From Nostoc sp. LEGE 12450 (GTDB lineage Bacteria > Cyanobacteriota > Cyanobacteriia > Cyanobacteriales > Nostocaceae), in assembly GCF_015206895.1 (NCBI RefSeq), contig NZ_JADEXU010000074.1, forward strand, positions 1 through 32,000: DNA of 32,000 nt, written 5' to 3'. The stretch's first letter is position 1. Each line of letters starts with the position of its first letter. The position numbers were made by a program, and so were the translations under genes. Below are positions 25,597 through 32,000 of the stretch, one piece after another. Under the pieces are notes generated by a model. The model worked only from the letters and a program-made list of their open reading frames with translations, searched no databases and had not been told where the DNA came from.

Positions 25597-25803
25597 ATGC
25601 ACCCAATAGAATTTAAGAAAAAATGGCAGTTAACTTACGACGAGCTTGCACTTGTTTTAGGTTATCAAGGTGATTATACCGTCCGTTCCTGGGGTACAAA
25701 TGGAAGACACAAGCGCAATCCTCAAAATGTTGTTTATGTCGCTTGTCGCCTTCTAGATGAGAAGTGGTCAACTCAGGGGAAACTTGTGGATTCTTATCTT
25801 TGA
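25597..25803 (+). CDS. Small hypothetical protein (68 aa from ATG 25597; ORF open from GTG 25588), copy 2 of a tandem pair
   Basis: The protein begins MHPIEFKKKWQLTYDELALVLGY... AGGTGA lies upstream. The start was chosen by analogy with copy 1. Confidence 0.7.
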   Translation: MHPIEFKKKWQLTYDELALVLGYQGDYTVRSWGTNGRHKRNPQNVVYVACRLLDEKWSTQGKLVDSYL

Positions 25804-25854
25804 CTATACTTTTTTAAACTAGGATTATTCACCCCTTCAGCAATTATTTATTAA

Positions 25855-25923
25855 GCGGGTGCTTGACCGGAAGAGGCAAACGAGCCACGCAGTGGCGATG
25901 TGCGTCTGAGGTCAAGCACCTGC
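25855..25923. other. GC-rich long stem-loop (14-bp stem with one mismatch, and an internally structured 41-nt loop)
   Basis: gcgggtgcttgacc (25855-25868) pairs with ggtcaagcacctgc (25910-25923). An inner hairpin gccacgcagtggc lies at 25884-25896. Confidence 0.6.
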
Positions 25924-25974
25924 AACTTATTTAATCCGTCAATCTCTTGAGCCAAGGAAGTAACATAATTAAAG

Positions 25975-26250
25975 ATGAGAAATTATGGAAGCGAACAGGC
26001 CATGATTACTAAAGAAGAAATTACCATCAAAGTCCCCTCCTTGGTAGCAGAGGCATACCGCAATGCCACTGAAGAAGAACGGGAACAATTGCAACTTAAG
26101 ATTGCGGCAATTATGCAGTCTCAATTTACAACTCCAAGACTTGAGGCGATTGCACGTTTAAGAAATACGATGGATAAAGCTAGCCTTGAAGCACAAGAGC
26201 GAGGATTAACGCCTGAAATCTTAGAATCGATTTTGAATGATGACGAATAA
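25975..26250 (+). CDS. Putative antitoxin of the PIN toxin-antitoxin pair
   Basis: Small acidic ORF overlapping the PIN gene by 14 nt. This is the classic type II TA layout. Confidence 0.7.
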   Translation: MRNYGSEQAMITKEEITIKVPSLVAEAYRNATEEEREQLQLKIAAIMQSQFTTPRLEAIARLRNTMDKASLEAQERGLTPEILESILNDDE

Positions 26251-26653
26251 TCGACGGTTCGTATTTGATACGAATGTGCTGATTAGTGCATTTTTGTTTA
26301 GTCAAAGCAAGCCACGTCAGGCATTAGATCAAGCTACTGTTATTGGCGTTATCGTATTATCAAGTTCTGTGTTATCGGAATTAGAAGAGGTTTTATATCG
26401 TCCCAAATTTGATAGATATCTCACCAAAGAAAGGCGGCAAGAATTTCTAGAAGATTTAACAGAAAACGCTCAGTTTATTGACGTGACTGAGCAGATTAAT
26501 GAATGCCGAGATCCCAAAGATAACAAATATTTGGAATTAGCACTCAGTGGTCAAGCAGAGTGTATTGTTACCGGAGATGATGATTTGCTGGTGCTAAACC
26601 CCTGGAGGGGCATTGAGATTCTGACTGTTCAAGAATTTTTGGCAAAGAACTAG
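26237..26653 (+). CDS. PIN-domain toxin (PIN_3-like family)
   Basis: The sequence has RFVFDTNVLISAFL..., ECRDPKDNKYLELAL and CIVTGDDDLL, with conserved acidic residues in PIN spacing. Confidence 0.9.
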   Translation: MMTNNRRFVFDTNVLISAFLFSQSKPRQALDQATVIGVIVLSSSVLSELEEVLYRPKFDRYLTKERRQEFLEDLTENAQFIDVTEQINECRDPKDNKYLELALSGQAECIVTGDDDLLVLNPWRGIEILTVQEFLAKN

Positions 26654-26817
26654 GATGAATTACCCTACACCCGACAGCCCGATTCTGTTAAGGAAAGTTA
26701 TTTATGGTTTCTCATTCCAACTTCTACGGAACCAAGCTTTCACCCCAGGACGCAACTGATATCAGTATTGATATCGCCGGGTGTCTGACCACTATATATA
26801 AGCCAGCTTTATCAATC

Positions 26818-26838
26818 GCTCTCTGTAGAGAGTTTTTT
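26818..26838 (+). terminator. Weak candidate intrinsic terminator after the TA operon
   Basis: The stem ctctc/gagag has a tgta loop and is followed by tttttt (26833-26838). The stem is short and low in GC. Confidence 0.3.
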
Positions 26839-26969
26839 GGCACTTGAAAGATAAGTAATGCTTAACTGAGGTAACTTGTGGGGTGGATGTTCACGAAAGC
26901 ATCAGGGTTTGGGAGAATGGGAAGTGTCCATATTTCGACGCGTACACCGGACACTACCAGCGAGAATAA

Positions 26970-27572
26970 ATGAGACCGCCACCCCCAACTCGTCTACCTA
27001 ACAAGCATTATAGGTCTAGAGAATACCTTACACCAAGCGAGGTGCGAAGTCTTCTTGATGCCGCACTAGAACGCAAAGCTCGTTATTCTCACCGTGATTA
27101 TACACTGATGCTGATGATGTTTCGCCACGGCTTGCGGGTGGGGGAAGCTGTAGGGGCTAAGTGCGGTTTAAGGTGGGATGCAGTGATGTGGGGCGAACGT
27201 CAGATTTTCATCACCAGGGAAAAGGGCAGTGACTCTGGGGTGCATCCCTTGAGAGAGGATGAATTAGTTTTGCTCAAAGAACTCAGAGAGATGTTGCCCG
27301 ATAGCAAATATATTTTCGTTTCCGAGCGCGGTGAGGTGATGTCTACTGATGCAGTGCGAAAGCTGCTTGGGCGGCTGGCGGCGCAGGCTGGGCTTGATAT
27401 CAAAGTTCACTGTCACATGATGCGCCATGCTTGCGGTTACTATCTGGTGAATCAGGGTTACAACACCAGAGAAATCCAGGACTTTTTGGGACACCGTGAT
27501 ATCAAACACACTGAAAAATATACCAAGCTGAACGCTCGACGCTTCCTTAATTTTGATTGGGGTGATTTATGA
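26970..27572 (+). CDS. Small tyrosine recombinase of the FimB/FimE type (200 aa)
   Basis: The sequence has YLTPSEVRSLLDAA, FRHGLRVGEA, HCHMMRHACGYYLVNQGYNTREIQDFLGHRDIKHTEKY and ARRF. The R..HxxR..H..Y catalytic pattern and the length match the FimB/E-like invertases. Confidence 0.9.
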   Translation: MRPPPPTRLPNKHYRSREYLTPSEVRSLLDAALERKARYSHRDYTLMLMMFRHGLRVGEAVGAKCGLRWDAVMWGERQIFITREKGSDSGVHPLREDELVLLKELREMLPDSKYIFVSERGEVMSTDAVRKLLGRLAAQAGLDIKVHCHMMRHACGYYLVNQGYNTREIQDFLGHRDIKHTEKYTKLNARRFLNFDWGDL

Positions 27573-30364
27573 CATTCTTATATTAGAGCGTTTTTGAGAT
27601 AATTTATTTTCACATATCTTTTGAAAATCTATAGGTAGAAAATAGATTTCTTAGAATAAGTTTAATTGTATACATTCTTTTGTACTTACTATTTCCTCTT
27701 CCTTTTCTAATGTTTCTAATATTTTACCTTTATGTTTACCAGGACGATTAGTAGGTATTATTAATATTGACTTTATTTCATGTTTTTCAATTATTCCTGC
27801 GAAGTAAAACCATGAAAGTAATCTACTAGTATAATGATCAAATTTATTCCTTGTAATGGGTCTTATATGTGTTGTAAATAATTCATTATATTCAGACGCT
27901 TTTGAGTTATCTTTATCTGGATATATTGTTTTTAACAAGTCTTTAAGCATCTGTCTGTTAAAATATGTTCCTGGGCAAATTATATGATTTTTAGGTTTAT
28001 TACTTCTGTTGACCTCTTTAATAATTAAATGTTCTTTTAATTGTTCTCCTAAATAATCTGCGATTTCATCGTTGTTTAGCTTTAATAAATCTTCTGCAAC
28101 TGAAAGTGAGTTACTTTTTGTATCATATTCAACCTGGAAGAAATGGCGTAAATCGCTAATAATGTTATCAATGATTCTAGATTTAGGATTATTCGATATC
28201 ATTTTAGACTTTATTAGTTTATTTATTAAATCTGATTTGGTTTTTTCTGTCTCCAACATACGAAATACTTCTAATATGAAGTAAACAGGACGTTTTGGTA
28301 TATAAGTTGTACTAAAATCTGGTAATTGAACTTCGTTAGTTAAAATATATTCACGCAAAATATCGGATGTAACTGTATAGTCAAAGCCTGATTGAATAAT
28401 TAATTTTTTTTCTATTAATATTTTTATTTCTTTTTCATAAATTCCAAATATATTGCTAGTTTCATAATGGGCTATCTTTTGGAGACATTCAAATTCTCTT
28501 GGGTGTAAATCTTTTAAATCATCTGCAAGCATATCAGTTACCAATTTACTAATTTGCTGATATTTTATTGGAAATTGGGAATCTGTTTGGTTCTTGGAAA
28601 ATCTAGTAAATAATTTTCTTAGTAACCAAGGGAAAGCATAACATTCCTCTAAAATCCATTCTTCTAATTGATTGAGTTTCTTCAATTCTTGGGATTTGTT
28701 TGGTTTTTGTTTTAAGTATTTTTTAAAAATGTAAATATAGTTTTTAGCATCTTTGGGTACAAATTCATCAATTGTAAATAATTCCATTTCCTCTCTTAGT
28801 TTTTCCCATCTATATCTTATATCTTCGTTTAAAACTAAAGATGCTGCTTTTGTCCAAGAAAAACCTAATACTAGATTTGCTTTTTCTAAACAAAGTTCGT
28901 GAATTAATGTTTCAAATAAATTAAAGGTCTTTTCGAGTCTTGGCTGCCGTAGTAAATGTTCAAAATGATCAAAAAAGACAACAATTACCTTATTATCGTC
29001 TCTTATTTTTTTTAATACTTCTTTGATTGATGATTGATTTAAAAATAATGAATTTTCTTTTATTTTTATTTCATCACATATATATGGAGGTAGTTCAATG
29101 AACCCTTTTTCAATTGCATTTGCAATAGCTATTTTAATTGCTATTGCTCCAAAATATTCAGTTTTTGCAAATTTTGCATCAACTTGTTTGATAAATACAT
29201 TGTTACTGTAAAATTCTTCACTTTCTGATTTTAATTTCAAAATTAAAGATGATTTACCTATGCCTGAATGTCCTTGAAAACAAATAATTCTTTTTGCAGT
29301 TTTATTATCTTTTACATTAGAAATAAAATTCCAGAAATCTTCCTTTTTTTCGTCTCTACCAACAAAATATTTAGGATTACATGCTGTATTATCAACATCA
29401 AAGTCTTCAGCAAAATTAACTGGTGAAATTATCTCGTTATCAGTATTTTTGTATAGTCCATCAAAAAAATATTTGTGTTTTATAACTGTTACTTTACTTA
29501 TGATACTGTTAAGTATTTCTTTTGTAATTTGCTTTGCTTCAATAATCAGGTTTGATTTTTTATAACTTGAATTTTTAAATATATATTGATATATTATCTT
29601 TGGAGATTGAACATTAAGCGAACTAGCACTTAAACATTTAGCGATAAGCATTTCCTTGATGTATTCAACTTGCTCAGTTGTTAAATTTTTAGTAATTAAA
29701 TACTTTGATAAATTACTAAATAAAACGGATTCTATATCGTCTAATCCAGATGTTTGTTGAATCTCTATTTTTTTTAATACTTGAATAATAGTTTTTTGTT
29801 GGTTATCTGCCCTTATTATATTTTTAGCTGCTATATTATCCAATAAAAAAATTAAATCTTTATCTATATTATCTATCTCATTTATATCAACCTTATGAGC
29901 TAAATTTAATAAATACTGCAAGTTACTGCCATTTTCTTGTTCGTCCCAAAAACCACAATTGGCAGCTATTATAAATTTTTCAAATTGGTTATCACTAAAA
30001 AATGAGTCATGGTTGATAAATCTTATTATTGTTTTAGTTATTTCCTTCTCATTAGCTTTAAATGGTTCTTTTTCTTTAGCTCTAGTTTTAACTTGAATAC
30101 CAATAAATTTTTTGTTAACTCGTTCTACTAAAATGTCTTCATGGTGTTCACAATATATGGAACTTATTTCGGTATCTTTTTCCAACAACGACAAAGATAG
30201 CTGTGCTGCATAAATAGCTTGATAGCGAAAACGTCTCTGTATATCGTCACCTGGATCTTTACTTATAAAATTCTCTGGTGTTATTGATTCATTCATAAGC
30301 TGATTTCCTTTATATTGATGTAAAAATTATTATTTCACAATTGTGTATAGTATTTGAATTTATC
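27573..30364. other. Compositionally distinct AT-rich islet (spot-counted lines give roughly 15-28% GC, versus ~40-58% in flanking lines)
   Basis: GC was counted by eye on several 60-nt lines inside (for example 28381, 29101, 29821) and outside (for example 27361). The shift is sharp at both gene boundaries. Confidence 0.6.
27651..30296 (-). CDS. 881-aa fusion: an N-terminal PD-(D/E)xK nuclease resembling the Cap4/DUF4297 dsDNA endonuclease domain, a central STAND/AAA-type P-loop NTPase, and a C-terminal helical region. Avs-like single-gene defence candidate.
   Basis: The N-terminus reads GDDIQRRFRYQAIYAAQLSLSLL...IYCEHHEDILVE...IGIQVKTR. The centre has YFVGRDEKKEDF, then Walker A CFQGHSGIGKSSL, then Walker B VIVVFFDHFEHL. 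AAGGAAA lies 8 nt upstream of the ATG. Confidence 0.8.
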   Translation of the reverse strand: MNESITPENFISKDPGDDIQRRFRYQAIYAAQLSLSLLEKDTEISSIYCEHHEDILVERVNKKFIGIQVKTRAKEKEPFKANEKEITKTIIRFINHDSFFSDNQFEKFIIAANCGFWDEQENGSNLQYLLNLAHKVDINEIDNIDKDLIFLLDNIAAKNIIRADNQQKTIIQVLKKIEIQQTSGLDDIESVLFSNLSKYLITKNLTTEQVEYIKEMLIAKCLSASSLNVQSPKIIYQYIFKNSSYKKSNLIIEAKQITKEILNSIISKVTVIKHKYFFDGLYKNTDNEIISPVNFAEDFDVDNTACNPKYFVGRDEKKEDFWNFISNVKDNKTAKRIICFQGHSGIGKSSLILKLKSESEEFYSNNVFIKQVDAKFAKTEYFGAIAIKIAIANAIEKGFIELPPYICDEIKIKENSLFLNQSSIKEVLKKIRDDNKVIVVFFDHFEHLLRQPRLEKTFNLFETLIHELCLEKANLVLGFSWTKAASLVLNEDIRYRWEKLREEMELFTIDEFVPKDAKNYIYIFKKYLKQKPNKSQELKKLNQLEEWILEECYAFPWLLRKLFTRFSKNQTDSQFPIKYQQISKLVTDMLADDLKDLHPREFECLQKIAHYETSNIFGIYEKEIKILIEKKLIIQSGFDYTVTSDILREYILTNEVQLPDFSTTYIPKRPVYFILEVFRMLETEKTKSDLINKLIKSKMISNNPKSRIIDNIISDLRHFFQVEYDTKSNSLSVAEDLLKLNNDEIADYLGEQLKEHLIIKEVNRSNKPKNHIICPGTYFNRQMLKDLLKTIYPDKDNSKASEYNELFTTHIRPITRNKFDHYTSRLLSWFYFAGIIEKHEIKSILIIPTNRPGKHKGKILETLEKEEEIVSTKECIQLNLF

Positions 30365-30664
30365 CTACTGTGTTATCCTTAATTTAATTGCTTTTAGCGG
30401 GGGCAAATTCTGCTCAACCACGCCCAAAACTCGATTTAAGTTTACTTTTAAATAATCGTGAATCAGTATATCTCTGAAACCAGCTACTTGCTGCCAAGGG
30501 ACATCGGGATAAGCTGCTCTGATTTCGGAAGACAACCGCTTTGTTGCTTCTCCAATAATTTCAAAATTTCTAATTACTGCATCCTGAATTATTGTGGTTT
30601 GCAAAAATGCCTCTTTACCATCCTGGGTATAAGGTGGATCTAGCGAAGCTGTCATCAGGGGCAA
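30365..30664 (-). CDS. hepT: HepT/DUF86-family HEPN RNase toxin homolog. It is N-terminally short and has no adjacent MNT antitoxin gene.
   Basis: The sequence has QDAVIRNFEIIGEATKRL, PWQQVAGFRDILIHDY (Rx4HxY motif intact) and NLPPLK. An in-frame stop at 30677-30679 prevents extension. No ORF lies upstream. Confidence 0.75.
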   Translation of the reverse strand: MPLMTASLDPPYTQDGKEAFLQTTIIQDAVIRNFEIIGEATKRLSSEIRAAYPDVPWQQVAGFRDILIHDYLKVNLNRVLGVVEQNLPPLKAIKLRITQ

Positions 30665-30680
30665 GATAGCTGGAAACTAT

Positions 30681-30734
30681 TGCTATATATGCGCTATAGC
30701 ATTTTTGCAAAGAGCGTTTAAAACGCTCTTTTTT
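30681..30734 (+). terminator. Two tandem plus-strand hairpin plus T-run elements (intrinsic-terminator-like)
   Basis: tgctata/tatagca (30681-30701) is followed by ttttt. aagagcg/cgctctt (30710-30730) is followed by tttt. No annotated plus-strand gene ends here. Confidence 0.4.
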
Positions 30735-31320
30735 ATTGTAAATTTTTCTTTCAAAACGGGAAGCACACAAAGAGGTGGCACTGACCACCCATCAACCCAC
30801 ATTATAATTCCCTCAAAAGTGTGATCGCGGCGGCGTTGTCGATGCTGTGATCTATGGTAGATGTCGGGATTTGGTAGTTAGACGACATTGAGGAAAGTGA
30901 GGCAGCAACCCCAAGAGACTAGAGACTAACGGCCCGGAGAAAGCAACAAGTATTAGATTAGCGATCTCACTAGCACTTGCATACATATTTAATAGGTTGA
31001 AAATACCGCCTCTAATTGTAAAGAATTATTACAAACGCGATAGTGTCCGATCATGCCATAGAAACTTATGTCTTAATACCTACCCTGATAAAAAATCGAC
31101 TCAGCAGATGCTTTAAAACTGAACTAGCTTCTTGAAAGTTGCTTTTTGATTTTTTCACTATTACGCTTTTCACTTTTGATTCTTTGCTGATTACTGTTAC
31201 AAAAATAATCAAAGGAGTCAAAGTCTTGCCTAGCAAGGCTTTTAAGCAATTGACAAAACTAAAAATCCCCTGATACGGTTGAAGTTACCACACACCAACT
31301 GAATATCAGAGGATTCGCCC

Positions 31321-31626
31321 GTGTTTGATTTGCACTCAAACACGAGCATTGATGCTTTCGGCTCTAGTTTATCGTTTTGTCCTGAGTCTGACCAGACCCC
31401 AGGCTCAATTTTGTATGCACAGTACATTTGCTGTGATAGAGATAACAGAGTTGATAAGCATGATGCCCGTGATTGTTCTTGCTTAAATGGGAGACGTTTA
31501 TTTTATGAAGCTTATGCAGCCGCAATAACCCCAGAAGATTGGCGACAGATGGATAGGGAAGATATATCTAACCTTGCTCTTCCAGGGGATGAGCCTCATC
31601 TTAAAGATGGACTTTGGAACGGATAA
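31321..31626 (+). CDS. Hypothetical ORF (weak)
   Basis: ORF only, with a GTG start embedded in a 9-bp perfect hairpin (31320-31344). I recognise no motif. Confidence 0.2.
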   Translation: MFDLHSNTSIDAFGSSLSFCPESDQTPGSILYAQYICCDRDNRVDKHDARDCSCLNGRRLFYEAYAAAITPEDWRQMDREDISNLALPGDEPHLKDGLWNG

Positions 31627-31993
31627 AGTCGGGGTATGGGAATTTCCTGTGTCACAATTGTCAGTTAACACAGGTGCGAACGCTCCTACCGCTACTCAGC
31701 AGGTACAGCCGGGGCAGGTAGGCGAGGGTAAAACAGTTAGGGCAGATGCAGTAAACATTACCCTACATAAAAGTAAAAAATCTGCAAAAAAATGGTATTG
31801 GGAATTTGAAAGCATAATGCTGAAAAAGACAAAAGTAATATTTAATGAAGCAGTAGTGACCAGGGAAAATATATGGATATATCAGTTTTATTACCAAAGC
31901 AAGTTTGGGAAGTTTGGGAAATTATGGAAAACAAAACCCTTAGTGGAGGTCAAGGCGAAGTCCATAAACTCAAACGTAAATCTGATGGAATAA
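31589..31993 (+). CDS. Hypothetical ORF (weak). It conflicts with the kinase-like ORF starting at 31873.
   Basis: ORF only, with alternative starts at 31574, 31589 and 31607. Confidence 0.25.
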   Translation: MSLILKMDFGTDKVGVWEFPVSQLSVNTGANAPTATQQVQPGQVGEGKTVRADAVNITLHKSKKSAKKWYWEFESIMLKKTKVIFNEAVVTRENIWIYQFYYQSKFGKFGKLWKTKPLVEVKAKSINSNVNLME

Positions 31994-32000
31994 TTGGATG
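31873..32000 (+). CDS. Partial ORF running off the window. Its N-terminus resembles a protein-kinase glycine-rich loop.
   Basis: ATG 31873 is preceded by AGGGA. My translation is MDISVLLPKQVWEVWEIMENKTLSGGQGEVHKLKRKSDGIIG. The segment L-S-G-G-Q-G-E-V-x-K resembles the kinase G-loop GxGxxGxV. It is not in the ORF track because there is no stop in the window. Confidence 0.35.
   Translation, partial: MDISVLLPKQVWEVWEIMENKTLSGGQGEVHKLKRKSDGIIG

Noticed and set aside
30458-30643. Plus-strand 61-aa ORF antisense to hepT.
   Set aside because: It lies entirely within the better-supported HepT frame, and its Cys/Leu/Ile-rich composition is typical of an antisense shadow.
27584-30722. Possible att-like direct repeats flanking the AT-rich islet. 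These are agagcgttt at 27585-27593 and 30711-30719, and aatttattttcaca at about 27601 versus attattatttcaca at about 30329.
   Set aside because: The matches are short (9 nt or imperfect) in low-complexity AT-rich sequence, and the second agagcgttt is part of a palindromic terminator-like hairpin. This is insufficient to call integration-site duplications.
30665-31240. I searched for an MNT (nucleotidyltransferase) antitoxin gene upstream of hepT.
   Set aside because: There is no ORF of adequate length on the minus strand, and an in-frame stop lies at 30677-30679. The region contains only hairpins.
1-32000. tRNA, rRNA, transposase or IS elements, and reverse transcriptase, retron or DGR components.
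   Set aside because: I saw no cloverleaf-like or rRNA-like sequence. I also saw no DDE, HUH or RT motifs in any listed ORF. The only recombinase is the FimB/E-like gene.

Overview
The window reads as part of a large cyanobacterial (Nostocales-like) plasmid. It has five perfect HIP1 octamers (GCGATCGC at 638, 18338, 18863, 19172, 21822). The backbone comprises a replication module (a wHTH Rep-like gene with internal 22-23-bp iterons, plus plasmid-borne DnaB), a ParA-type ATPase operon, a MobC/relaxase pair, and an XRE-controlled operon of seven unknown genes ending in a membrane-anchored P-loop NTPase. Interleaved with this backbone is a dense set of conflict-type genes:
- two paralogous NLR-like loci (NB-ARC STAND NTPases with TPR or HEAT-like repeat sensors)
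- a six-module pentapeptide-repeat protein
- a TPR-HNH nuclease fusion
- a PIN toxin-antitoxin pair
- a FimB/E-like tyrosine recombinase
- a very AT-rich islet encoding an 881-aa nuclease-STAND fusion (Avs-like)
- an orphan, N-terminally short HepT
- a probable kinase-like ORF running off the right edge

The strongest observation concerns both NLR-like loci. In each, a small helical protein (N-terminus MEPLTAG plus a hydrophobic helix, with a G/N/Q-rich tail) is separated from the NB-ARC body by a single in-frame TGA. No usable start codon follows the TGA. The stop opens a 38-nt block that is 33/38 identical between the two otherwise diverged paralogs (TGA CTA CAG ...). This argues for programmed UGA readthrough, or another conserved two-products-from-one-gene arrangement, rather than a sequencing error or pseudogene.

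All domain calls come from motif recognition by eye. No database search was possible, so family names are hypotheses to be tested with HMM searches.
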